Shown here: positions 13,836 to 26,720 of the stretch, in pieces
How the letters are laid out: each line of letters opens with the position of its first letter
Numbering within the stretch: position 1 is the stretch's first letter
Assembly (NCBI RefSeq): GCF_964355755.1
Contig: NC_092676.1
Coordinates: forward strand, 17,564,871 to 17,628,870
Reading direction: 5' to 3'
Origin: Antedon mediterranea
Lineage: Eukaryota; Animalia; Echinodermata
DNA: 64,000 nucleotides
The notes under the pieces: generated by a model
Database searches by the model: none
Seen by the model: only the letters and a program-made list of their open reading frames with translations
Told to the model about the DNA's origin: nothing
Made by a program: the position numbers and the translations under genes

Positions 13836-16800
13836 TCAACTGCTGCTTTTCTTATTATGGGGCCTAACTCCTGAACAGCAGCTTGAGCGGATATCTCTAT
13901 TGCTGTTATGGCTACTTCGGAAGACTGCAGGAGACTTCGGAATGATTATTGGAACACTTTGTCTATTCTTTTGATTTTTACCTGAAAACAAATATGTGCA
14001 CACCTTAATTGAAATCAAATACACAAATAATCTTATTAATATTTATTTTCATGTTCATACATCTTTATGTCAGATAAGTACATATATAACTTTCAATCTT
14101 TAGTTCTGTACCTGAATAATGTGTATCTCCATTTCTTTGAAATACTGTACGGCATTTCTTGATAACAAAGGCACAACTTTGATCTATTTTATTTAGAAAA
14201 ATAAATGGACCTTGCTTTAAAAATAATTATTATTTACTGTATTACGATTATAATTAGTGAGTTTAAAAATATGTATCAAGACTTTTCATTTTACGTTTTG
14301 AATAGAGACGCTTCTGAGACACAATGTCGTCTACACAAAAAAATCAAATTTCTGATCATTGGTCATGAAATAATAAGAACTGTATTATTTAAACGTGTTT
14401 ATTAATAACCATCACTTTAATATTGTAAATAGGTAGACATTCTTACTTTGATCAATGTATTCAACAATCCCGACCTCTTCCTGTAGTGTATATCCTATCT
14501 TTGAAATTAAAAAAACACGTTAAAGAGGAAATGACCTACAAATTAATTTATGAATATGTTAATATGTTCACAATGAAATGTAGAGTACATATATCAACCC
14601 TAAATGGTTTTGAGATAATAAATAGAAATAAAGTTCTCATACACAGTAGTGATTAAGTAACTTTTTTATATAATCTAAAGTTCAGTTTGTGTGTGTTCCC
14701 CGTATTTTTCCAACAATTGTAATTGTCTTGGTAAAAACATTGGAATTTGGAAGAAAATAGAGCACGGATATGCTATGCTCTAATGAATAATAATGTCCAA
14801 GGAAAGCGCTAAAAATGTCAAATGACCCTATGATGATGAATAATAATAGCCTCCTCCTATTTATTATTATGAGGTATATTTTATAATAATAAGCCTATAT
14901 CATTATCTCGCTTCAACTTTGATATCACGCAATTGATTTGTGTCAGTGATTTTGAATAAATCAATCACGCGTTAGGCCTCTAATGGTTGGCAGAGATAGA
15001 GCCAATTCACAATGGACTCATCCATCCATAGCTATTACAGGAAAGATAAAGTGCTATGGTCTATGATATTTTCCGTTTTTACCACGTCTACTTACTACAG
15101 TATTATAAATGCCCTGTCTTTGAATTTAGCCATTTGGATTATACCACCCTTAATGTTTTATTTATTTTTCAAAATATTATAGCGCCCTCTATAGTTTAGA
15201 CATGATTTATAAAATTTCGATATTTCATCTTTTCCAAGTTGGGACGGAAGTTATTATTTTAAATACTGATAAGACATGATAGTAGAGAGGCCAAATACAC
15301 AAAAGTCCTCTATAAAAAGTTTGGGGGGCATTTTTTGTTAATAGCAGGCAACCATGTTGAATGTATCCTTTGTGGGGTGACAAAAACGATAGGGGTGGAT
15401 GCCATCTTCAGTTTTGGGTTTTAAGGTCAGTTTATGTGGTCAAGAGGTCAAACAAGGTCAAAATATAGGATTTTTTTTTATTCACGGAAAATCATCTACA
15501 TCATCAGATCTATCCAAAAAAGGTATATCTGAAGATCAACTGATGCTTCATATTATAGTAATTATGAGATAAACATTTAATTTTACACATAAAAACATAG
15601 GAAATTAAATATAAAAGTGTCATTTTCTCAAAATGTTATTTTCACATATTTCTGTAAAGTACACACAGTTTTTTAATAGGCTTTTCCCAGTCTGTTGTAA
15701 ATTTGTCTTTTTTATGTTGTCCACCAGTCATCGTTTTGATTTTTGTCGGAAAATTTACTATCAGAACCAATATTCTAAACACTGAGTGGATGATTGATCA
15801 ATTCAAAATAGAATCATTGGTATAACAAGAAACGCTGTACTTCATTGATAGGTTCTGCATGACATGGTCAGACTGATTACGAATCACACATAATACACAA
15901 TATTCTTTCGAACTGACAGATGATAAGGAAGATCTTATATTTAAAGTAACAACTTATTGAAAAAAAGAAAAACAGTAGAACTTAGAACTACATGAGCCAC
16001 TGAGAAAGCATCGCTCTAAACCTTTGCGGATTTCTATAAGGCAACTGTTTCGATAAAGTATATAACTGACAGAAAATCTGCTGATGAACCATTGGAGTAT
16101 GATCATAGCCCAATTTTAATATCTTTAACCAAATATGACTTCACATATCTTGATGGATGGCATTGAAATACCCACAGATGTTCCAGAAGAAAACTTAGAG
16201 TAAAAACATGATGGTCATGCACTATAGGATGCAGTAAACATGGCTGTAAACATTTGGTGACTATGCAAGTATTTATGCAAGTTACCTAGATATTTCGTCA
16301 TTTTGTTGTATTTGATCATTACATTGGAAAGGGGTGGATAAAAGCAGTGACACGATTGAAAGGATAGTCCCAATGTACTAATCTGTACTTCCGTATGTGT
16401 TTTGGGCCACACTCATCGGTTTGGAGGAGAACAAATATCACACAGTTTTTAGACATTCTTTATGTCAATAACAAAGAGCTTGCAATTATACATGAAAGTT
16501 GATGTTAATTAATGATATGCACTTTGTAACAGTAGCCTTCAAAAGTATGGACGATGTCTGGTATAGTGAACAATAAAGTGGTTGAAAACCTATTAAGAAT
16601 AATCTAACCAGCTTCCATGCCATTGCAGCACATCATTATTTGCTGATTATGGGAAGAGGTCATACTGGAAATCATTTGTAACGCATCCACTCCTTGTAAA
16701 TGGAATTGATTAAGATTAAGACTTTCCACGTACAGTGTACACTAAAGTTTAATATTGCCAAATATATGGTACTCTTCAGCAGATAACTGTATAGACTATA

Positions 16801-18268
16801 GACTACTCTTTGGTGCTACCTCCATCTAGACTCAGTGACCATATACCATTAACACTAGTGATATGTATTTCCCTTAAATATTAAGTATTTCACTTCACTC
16901 AATAAATATTTAAGTACCTGTATTTCTACTTCGGGAAACACTTAAATTTAAAAAAACTCACCTATGGTGAATACAGACATCATAGAACCTAAACATACGA
17001 GCCAACTATCAGGCAGAGATCAGGTTGTGGCCTAAATGAATCGGGTCGTTTGGAAGCCCCTAACCCAGTTGTCAGTTTGGAACTTGTTACATGTGTATGT
17101 AAACTAAAGAGCCAGATGAAGTTGTTACAGAAAGCATGCATATGTGGTTGTGATTCAATCGTTTGCCGTTACCCAGATGGCCAGTAGGCATTATATATCA
17201 GTGCTTGAAGAAATACCCACCACAGAGCGTTACCTCCTTCCATCCCAGAAAAACTTTGAATATTGGCATGTGCCCATGCCGCCCATTACTCCCAACCCAC
17301 AAACCCTCTGTGACCGTTTTTAAATGAAATTTAAGACATTCCAGTAGGCCTCCAATTTCGGTTATTTTGATACTCTAGGACTCATCCTCTCCATTCCTTG
17401 AACACCTTCCAAGAGTGACTCAACAATTTTAAAATCTTCCCAGTACAATTCTGATCTTTTTGATACCACACTATAACCATCAGCCCAAGGCTATCATGAA
17501 AATTATATTTATTTCAATTATTAATACCGATAATTAACAGTGTCTGTTAATACCGATAATTAACAGTGTCTGTGCTCTATTTGACCTTATGACCTTGAAA
17601 ATGACCTTTAAACTTGTAAGTTGAAAAATTTATGAACTTCACCATCTGCAGCAATATGTCAATAATGATCCAATAATGGTTACATTTCTTTTAATTAGCT
17701 TATATGTTGTTGAAAACAGCTTAAACCTCTATTTTACCATATTTGACCTTATAACCTTGAAAATGACCTTTGACCTGAAATTTGAGAGCGGCATCCACCC
17801 CTATCTTTTTTGTCATCCCATAAGGGATATATTCCACATGGTTACCTGCTATTAACAGAAAATGCCCCCCATGATGAAAAAGCTCACATTGGCCGCCCTA
17901 CTATGATACATTAAGAAGATTACAGATTATTAAGAAGATAGACAGTTTTCTTATATCGCTCTAAATGTTCCATACTTACTACTACTGTATTTGATCAGTG
18001 ACCTATTTAGTGAATAAACGTGTCTTTCCAAGAAAAAACGTAAACAAATAGTCCTTCTACATCAAGACAATATTTACTTACTTATTTTAATTATAATATT
18101 ATTCATCAATTATTTAAAGATGTATTGTCCGCCAAAAACATGAAAAATGAAGATTAATGAAATCAGACTTTGAATAACCCATAACCCAGTTAATCACTTA
18201 AGTAGAACACAAACCCGAAAAAAATGTTCACTTATAAAATGACTCACCAAATAAACGGTTAAATTCAA
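13836..18268 (-). other. Putative spliced transcript of unknown function (candidate exons 18248-18268, 14447-14498, 14112-14183, 13836-13981)
   Basis: Four segments bounded by canonical AG/GT join into a stop-free frame LNLTVYL-IGYTLQEEVGIVEYIDQN-QSCAFVIKKCRTVFQRNGDTHYSG-KNQKNRQ..KSSS*. No start codon was located and no family was recognised. Confidence 0.3.
15280..17903 (+). mobile_element. Decayed, internally deleted Academ-like DNA transposon
   Basis: Imperfect TIRs of about 190 bp starting TAGTAG and ending CTACTA, flanked by a 3-bp TSD TGA (15277-15279, 17904-17906). Frameshifted internal peptides VFDHYIG, PxFHAI..SLFADYGKRSYWK (XPG-like) and ELVTCVCK..KACICGC (Cys finger) fit the described AcademX architecture. 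Confidence 0.7.
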
Positions 18269-18678
18269 CTAAAAACCAATTGGCTGGCAGCCAATTTGAC
18301 TATGTTTTGCTTTAAATTACAGTTTTCCGGGTAAATATTATTTTTTTCGATCCAATTTTGGGTAAAGTGAATAACTATTACGTGGAATTAAAGTGGCATA
18401 TATTAACAATTAAATTAAATTTTTCAGGGGGACAATACATTTTTAACTTGTATACGATGTCGGTTTCAAATGTTTACTTGTTCATAAATGCACGCGTATA
18501 TATATTAAACAGTTCATAGGCAAAAAATACAAATAAAAAGACAAACTGTGGTGTGTTATAATACGTAAACTTTCCTTTTTTGCAATTTTGGCGTTCCATA
18601 TTTACGATTAAGCTTTGAGCTCGAGCGTAAAACCGTGTACAATGTTCGCTCGAGTAAAGGCTTTTTCTTCCATTCGAT

Positions 18679-19883
18679 CAAAGAATATATATCTCAAGAA
18701 TGAGTATTCCGCGATTTTTGCATGAGAAATTTGTAACAGAGAGCTCCAGTGAGTGATGCCCGCCCTCATAAGGGCGGATGTATACATACTAAATAAGACT
18801 TGATTTAATAGATATTATACATGTCACATTAAATAGAATTATGATAATAGTTTTTGCAATTTTAAACTATTTTATAATACATATTTATAAACAAACTAGT
18901 GTAAATTCACTTTTACAGACAATTATTTACTAACATGCTAAGTTAGTTCACAAAAAAGGCCTATAAATGTATAAAGAAAATGTGTTAAAAAAAGTAAAAA
19001 GTATCATTGATGATGAAACACATCCTCTTCACAAACAATTTGCTCTCATGAATTCTGGCATAAGACTACGTGCACTTAATACCAAAACAAAACGGTTTAG
19101 GTGCTCGTTTGTACCTAATGCTATACACTTATATAACTCCAGAGTACAAAGGTAAAATGTAACCGATAATTTTTATCTAATTTTAACAATTTTTAGCCTC
19201 TTAACTTTTTGTGTGTTTTTTTGTAAATTGTATTTTATATTTTTGTATTTTGCCAGTTTTCAAATCACATTTCTGTTTTTTAAATGGACAATAAAGTATA
19301 TATGACTGACTATGACTATGACTATGACTAACACAGCAACACCAAAAATCAATGAATCGTTTACTCAGCACGGCCTATTCTTTACCATTGCCGTATACTA
19401 CTCTACGCCCGGTAAATTAAGTATTGTTTTTATGATATAAATTAGTATAAAATACATGTTATTAATAGGACAAAATGTTAAATGTTATTAACATTTATTT
19501 GTTTTACCAGAAACAAGTTAAATATAGGAATATTATTAAACAATCCTTCGTGAAAACGCGTAAACACCAACACGCCCGGTCACGCTATTGTAGCGCCCGG
19601 TTGATAAAGCAACTGTTTATACGGCAGTTTTTACTAAATAAATTGCATAAAACGAACAATTAAATATCCAAATAGTATTTAACATGATGTTGGCATGTAG
19701 TTGATAAACTTTTTTTATCATGAAAATACTACCGGTGGTCCAGCCTTTGATTAGTGAAACCGTCACAAAAAGTTGTATACATCCCAGATACATCCACACT
19801 TATGGCGGCGCCCTACCACATGGACAATATTACTGTTACAGGGAAAATCGCGGATTACTCATTCTTGTGATATATATTCTTTG
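18679..19883. mobile_element. Non-autonomous P-element-like TIR element
   Basis: TIRs of about 40 bp (CAAAGAATATATATC.CAAGAATGAGTA.TCCGCGATTTT) and a 7-bp TSD ATTCGAT (18672-18678, 19884-19890). Confidence 0.75.
18910..19330 (+). mobile_element. 5'-truncated non-LTR retrotransposon (Rex1/Babar-like ORF2 C-terminus and 3' tail) nested in the P-like element
   Basis: ORF 18967-19155 (HPLHKQF..SGIRLR..TKRFRCSFVPNAIHLYN) is followed by a T-rich UTR, AATAAA and a (TGACTA)n tail. Confidence 0.75.
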
Positions 19884-20427
19884 ATTCGATCCACTGGTTG
19901 AACGTATGCGGTGATGTGTGCGTTGTGAATGTGTCTCTCCCGTGTGTGACCTAGGCCTAGGATAGGTCCTAGCTTAGTCCTGCATGTATGTATGTTAAAC
20001 CTGAAATAAACACTGTATTATTAGCCTACACCTAAGATAGCCTAGGCCCTCTACTAGGCCTACTAGGCCTAGCAATACCCTGTCCGTTTATCACACACAC
20101 TTTCTGTCCAAAAACAGTAACACCACCACCTTCCTTACTATTATAGGGGCCTACAGTTACAAACAGTACAGCACAGCAGAGTACTCTACTACTAGTGTAC
20201 TAGTACAGTACTAGCCCCTAGAGTACTACTACTGAGCTATAGCCTAGCTAGGTCTACTACTAGAAAACTCTAGCCTACACCGTCACAAACCAAACTAATT
20301 TTGTTATGAATACACACAGATATATATAATACCTACTAGGCCTAGCTAGGCCTAGTAACTACCCATTTCAATATTATCTTCTGAAAGTTCTGGTTAATAA
20401 TATTTGAATTTTTTTCCCACAGCAATA

Positions 20428-21362
20428 ATGAATGAAAAGGAAAGTGTAAATTTGGATTCGAACATTGAAATAAAAATTGAACCAGGTTAGATTTTTTTAA
20501 ATATTTTGTGCCTGTTAAATAAATTATTTAAAAAGAATAAATGATTGTTATTTATTCTTTTAAAGGCCTGGAAGCAAGTCAAGATATAGATGAGAGTGAA
20601 GACAATGGATACTGGTTTGTGGACAAAAATCAAGAAATATTGTTTCAATCAGAAGATGCATTGTTGTCACAAGGACAACCTAAAGAATACCAATGTGAAC
20701 AGTGTGGAAAGAAATTTGATAAACATTTTAATCTAAAAACACACTTAAGAATACATACAGGAGAAAAGCCGTTTAAATGTGAACATTGTGGAAAAAAGTT
20801 CAACCAGAGTAGCCATCTGAAAAGTCATTTAAGAATACACACTGGAGAAAGGCCATATGAGTGTAAAGAATGCGGAAAGAAATTTAACCGGAATAGTGAC
20901 CTAAAAATACATTTAAGGATACATACAGGAGAGAAACCGTATGGGTGTGAATATTGCGGACAGAAATTTAATCGGAATAGTTATTTGACAATACATTTAA
21001 GGGGACATACAGGGGAGATGCAATATCCATGTGAACAATGTGGAAAGAAGTTTAACCAGAGAAGCACTTTGAAAACACATTTAAGGATTCACACAGGCGA
21101 CCAACCGTATCAATGTGATTATTGCAGTCAAAAATTCAACGGCAGTGGTGATTTAACACTACACTTGCGGACACACACTGGTGAAAAACCGTTTGAATGT
21201 GAAGAATGTGGAAAGAAATTTAGTCGAGGGAGCAGTTTGAAACTACATTGGAGAATACACACAGGCGAAAAACCATTCGATTGTGAATTTTGTGGACAGA
21301 AATTTAATCAAAATGTTCATTTGAAAAGGCATTTAAAAAAACATGAACAAATGACCCAGTAG
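20428..21362 (+). CDS. C2H2 zinc-finger protein with 8 tandem fingers
   Basis: Coding exons 20428-20485 ([19 protein letters not shown]) and 20566-21362, joined in phase 1. Eight CxxC-x12-HxxxH fingers with TGEKP-type linkers. Confidence 0.93.
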
Positions 21363-21619
21363 CTTTATTTTAGATTATAAAATTAAATCTATGTACTGCA
21401 TCTACCTACCTAGTACCTATCCTCTTTAGCCCATAAGGCTTCAAATGTTTGTCTCCAGGGACGGATTTAGGTAGGGGCTAAACAGACTTTAGCCCCCACT
21501 AAAATTTAAAAGCTATATCTTTTTTTAATAAAATAATGATAAAATAATTTATTTTCTGCAATCTGACTGATCGTTTTTATCATTTATGAAATATTTAGCC
21601 ACCCTAATCTATAACGCTT

Positions 21620-21870
21620 CTAAGATTCCCATTCCAGTGCCATTCTCTCCATTTTCACTGTCCGCCAACAACATGTTTATTAGGGCATTCCTCCTTCCTT
21701 CAGGACACCATGTTAAGAATGTCATACAGTGGCTGCTATCCTCCATTCTTAACATGTGCTCAATCCATTTCTATCACCTTGTTCTAACGTCTTCACTTAT
21801 CCTCATATCGGTTATGCCTAGTACATCAACAATCGATACATTTGGCCATCTAATTTTGAGTACTGTATCC
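21620..21870 (-). mobile_element. Degraded RTE-like LINE 3' fragment
   Basis: The reverse strand reads ..KWIEHMLRMEDSS..PEGRR.., resembling the W.GH..RM C-terminal RTE motif, with stops. Confidence 0.45.
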
Positions 21871-22105
21871 TACTAAAGCTGTGATGTGATTTGCCATACA
21901 TGGACATGATGATTTTATATCACTACCATATTTGGGCAAAACTAGTTTGATTGTATAGACAGAGTTTAAGCCATCTAAATTGAAACTGTTAACATAAATT
22001 GTTTAATGAGTCGTTTTGGTAACGCATTGATTGATTGAACTAATAACTAGTAACTGGAAAATATCACCACCATGTTAATATTAAACAGTATCCCAAAAGC
22101 ATTAG

Positions 22106-22460
22106 CAACAAGAGCAATCGGAGAGTTGCAACCTTCGCCAAAAGTCAAAAGAGAAAAAGGATTAAGAATCGTAATTGATCTGTTTTTGTGGTCCATAATT
22201 GGAATCCATGTCCGGATTACCTCCAAAATTGAATGGATTCTTCCGTGACCACATATCTATCTATTTGACCTACCGCCTAAGTAAAAGAATAAAAAAAGTG
22301 GTCTAAACATAGAATCATAGTACAAAATTTAATGAAGTGGTCCGTCCGTCCACTTATCTAAAGTATCTGTGGTTTAAATTTGGTAAAGATCCGTATTTTA
22401 GTTTTGACGTTATCCTGCTGACAAATAACATACATGCACACAATCTCTGACAAAAATCGC
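22106..22460 (-). mobile_element. HINE/pearl-type interspersed repeat
   Basis: acaagagcaatcggagagttgcaaccttcgccaa end plus a core resembling, in reverse, the element at 35960-36608. Confidence 0.5.
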
Positions 22461-23668
22461 AAACTAAAATGATGTCATATGATGCATGACAAACCCAGTG
22501 TTGCCACTATTGTCATGATGAACTACATTCTTTTTAGTAAACTGGTAAATTGAACCAAAAAGAGGTAAATGTATAGTTGTCAAACAATTCCCTGCATGAT
22601 GTGAATTGTTATTTAAATCTTAATATCTTCGCATAATAAGAATGTTCTGTAGAATAAATAACTATATCTAAAATATACCTTTGTGTTTTTATTTTGTTTT
22701 AGAACTGTAAAAACTAAAATAACTTAAATATGATGTTTGTTTTAAAGTTACCTTCCACTGACATATTGTCCTTCATCCAACCAACTGTAGGCCTACTCAT
22801 AATTTGATAACTAGACTGACATCTAGAGGCGAATCAGAAGGGAAAGGGGACGGCATCATTCGCCAAAAGATTTTAACTCGTTTTATTCTCTTACATTTAC
22901 AATTACAGTATAACTCCTATAATTTCTTGTAATCTAGTTCTTTTTTATAGTTATTGAAATTGATTTTCACCTTTTTTTAAAGATGCAAAATAGAGTAATA
23001 CAGTACCACTCTCTGACCATCAGGTCAACAACCCTTGATCACAATTTCTCTACTCCAGCTATTAACATCCCTAGTGGTTTCTTTCTGTCCCTAGTTACTC
23101 TTTATTCACTTTCCTATAACCCACATCCTTAATCAATTACTGTTTCCTCATCATCAAGGAATGTTCCCTTTTACAAATAGTCCCCTTCCCAGTAGGCCTA
23201 CATGCATATTAATTAGGACCGTTCCTTAAATATGGACGTACTGGTGAAGGAAAGGAGAGAAGAAAACGTTTTAAGAAAAAAAAAGAGATAGGTTGGAACT
23301 TTGTAGAATGTGAAAATGTAGCTTAGTAATTAATTCTGACTGCTGTAGAAGATGATAGAATCAATACCGGATCTACTGTGACTAAACTTAAAATTAACAT
23401 AATTAGGGGACAAGAAGAATTACTAATAAAATGGTACCACATCCTTTTTGATCTTTCTTGGAAGACCAACCTCAGCAATGTGATGTGAGAATAAAGGTCA
23501 CCTTTGACTCATAGACTTTGGTCCCATCATTTTACTGTAGGAAGTTGTTTTTACTCGAATGCAAAACTCGCCGCGTATGTGTGTCGTCACTGTAGAGTGT
23601 ATAAAAACCGTTTAAAAATAAAACAGACAAAGTTACTGCGATATTGAGTTAAGAGTGTCACATTTAAC

Positions 23669-25810
23669 ATGAACTCAGAAGAAGCTATTCTCTATTCTAA
23701 AACTAGAAAGTTACAGCACACGTCTTTTGACCTTTATGTACGTCGATATTTGTCGATCAATCCGCAAGATGTAATTCTGGATGTTGGTTGCGGAACCGGC
23801 GATATTGCAAATGAGATGGCAGTCACTGCCCGTTCTGTAACTGGTGAGTATGACAGCTTAGCACGTGTGACTTACATCTGTATTATTTACACTACAGTTT
23901 CTAATGTTTAGTAGAAATAAAGTAATTTAGCGTTTATGATGATTAATACGTAGCTATAGTGTGATGTTTATCCACGAATGATAATGATAAATAATAATTG
24001 TATTTTATAGAGGAACTCTTTCTATTTCAAAAATGTAAAATATTGATTCACCAGTCATAGATTTAAATATATTATTTGGTTTTATATAACACCTAAATAA
24101 ATTTCTGTCATTTGATTGAACGATTGTGGATCACATGGCGTAGGATTGTTTGATCGTTTGATAATTAACACTAAGGTGTGTTTATAAAATCCATATACAT
24201 ATGAATCAAATGTAGGCCTTGAGCTAGGGCTACCTTTTTAGGATTCAAATGATAGGAATCTATTTAGATGTTATATAAAACAAATAATGAATGTTTTATA
24301 TTCGTGTAATGGTACAAATAATGGAATTTGGTGAATGATGAAAGGTTATATATTAACTCGGTTTCGCCTCGTTGAAATATAACCTTTCATTATTCCACCA
24401 CCTCATGTCATTATTTGTACCATTACACTCATAAACATACATTATTTGTACCATTACACTCATAAACATTCATTATTTGTACCATTGCACTCATAAACAT
24501 TCATTATTTGTATATTAATATATGTTTTAACAATATAAATGTGAATTACCATGTTTTATGGCGACAAATACATTTATCTGAATAAATACAAACAAAACAT
24601 TTTCATTTGGGTTCGATTAAGTTCACTGGTTATAATCTTTGTTTTGAAAATGGGGGGATAAAATTATAAATAATTTGCGAAAATGTTTTATGACGATTTC
24701 ATGTTGTATATCTTTAGGCCATGACATATCCAGAGAGATGGTAGATGTTGCAAAACAGAAATACCAACGTTTAAATCTGACCTACGAAATTGCTGATATC
24801 GTTGACTGCCTTCAAACATGTCCAAACTGGAAAGGTGCATTCAGCAAGGTTGTTTCTGTACATGTATTGCACTGGGTAAAAGAAAGAAAACAAGCGTTCC
24901 AAAATATTTTCGACTGCCTTAATGAAAATGGAAAATGCTATTTATTATTTTGTGGACCACTTCACCAAATGTTGGGGCTCAGTAAAGAAGATCTTCCATA
25001 TTACTTGGAGAATCACAACAAATGGAAGCAACATCTTAGGGTATGTATAAGCTTAAATCTTGATTTTTGTAAACGGTTGGTTCCCCGGAGGCTTAGTGTG
25101 CGCTATTTTTTGAACGTCGATTTGGCCAAAGTGTGTTTATCTAGGCTATATTTATTAATTATTAAAAATACGGATCCACCCCCCTCTTTACTTGGGCCAT
25201 ATACCTATTTAGGATCCGCCCTGTAGGCCTAATCTATTCATTTCATCTTATATTTGTATAATAGTAATCGATACCTACCTCCTCCTCAGGGCTATGATCA
25301 CAAGATGTATAACCAGCTTACACTAGAGGAAAATATGGAGTTGCTAAAATCGGTTGGTTTTCAAAAGGTTGAAGGAGAATTGCATTCACCTTGTGACGAA
25401 ATCGACTTCGGCAAGAAGCAGTTAAGTGGTAAAAGATTATCATTTTCTATTTCTAATACGCTGTACTATATCTCAAATGTTTACGATTAGGCCTAACATT
25501 ATCTTAAATATTTTAACCGCGCTCTGTCTGCTTGATATTGTAAAATGCTGAGCAGCTCAGGGAAGAAATCATTTCATACCATTCAGAGACGAGCGTTTGT
25601 GATTTTGAGTTTTATTTAATTTCAGATTACTTGAGTACACTTGTTGGTCATGTAAATTACGTACCTGAGGAGTATCGATCTGAGATTCTGCAAGATGCTA
25701 CAGATTGGTGCTACCGAAATCTGCCGGTCAACAAACGAGGAAACACATACACTAAAATAGACATAATAGTGTTGCGTGCTATGAAGACAGAAAAGAACGT
25801 TATTATGTAG
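23669..25810 (+). CDS. Class I SAM-dependent methyltransferase, juvenile hormone acid O-methyltransferase-like, 273 aa
   Basis: Exons 23669-23843, 24718-25040, 25290-25428 and 25626-25810 splice in frame. Motif I ILDVGCGTG, GHDISREMV, and FSKVVSVHVLHWV. TATAAAA at about 23600. Confidence 0.9.
24270..24515. mobile_element. Palindromic MITE-like element with 3 x 30-bp tandem units at its right end
   Basis: acaaataatgaatgttt..gtgtaatggtacaaataatg pairs with cattatttgtaccattacactcataaacattcattatttgt around the centre ctcggtttcgcctcg. Confidence 0.65.
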
Positions 25811-26627
25811 ATACTATGGTGTATGCAGGGAGATGTATATTCCTTGCAAATTTGTTTTTCCACATTTATAACTTCATTTAAATCATTTAATTAAAAATTA
25901 ACTATTTTTTTCCCGATACATTTTTTCTATTGGATCCTCCAAACAAACGTCAACCAGCCAAAGAAAATTTGTATATGGCATGCGACCAACACCATCAAGC
26001 AAGTAATCCATTGGTGCTATGATATAATATTTTTGTTCTATTATCAACATTTCCCCAGTATTGTAGGCGGCAAATTCCGTGATAAAGCATGTTCATTTGT
26101 AGAAACACCCACGAATGCAGCTTGCTGTTACATTACAGAATTTGGTATGGTATCCAATGGGTTCCAAATATTATATACAATGTTATTATAAATCAGTCCT
26201 ACTGGTTGCTGAAGTTTTTACTGCGTCTTACTCTTTTCTGATGAACTCTGATTTTTTTTAATGTTATAAAGGCCAAGTATTGTAAATTTAACTGCTCAAT
26301 ATAGACGTTCGAGAATGGCATTATGTGTGTTTTTAATTATATTAGCTTTATAGCTACATTACATAAATTTTATAATTAAATAAGTAATCGATAAATATTT
26401 CAAGGTGTCTGTGTAATTATTACCTGTAAATATTACACTTTTTAATCGAAAGAAGTGGACTGATTGTTTTAAGAGTGTTTTGTATATAATATGTTTGTAA
26501 ATCTTGCATTGATAATATAATATTCTGTTTTCTAAAAACGAAATTCTAGTTTTTAATTATATAAAGTGATTTCTTCGTATAAGTATCTTTATAAAGTTTA
26601 ATACTGGATTTAACTTTTATATACCTA

Positions 26628-26720
26628 AAGGTGGCGCTGTTTAACAAACAAAAAACAACGTTTGCTACACACAGAGTAGCACACAAGACACGATCGACAC
26701 GAGCGTGGGCTATTTGTAAG
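26628..26720 (+). promoter_or_regulatory. Probable AQR promoter and non-coding first exon
   Basis: AAGGTGGCGCTG motif, a short CpG-containing segment and a donor GTAAGT at about 26716, followed by a TAGGCCTA-rich intron. Confidence 0.4.
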
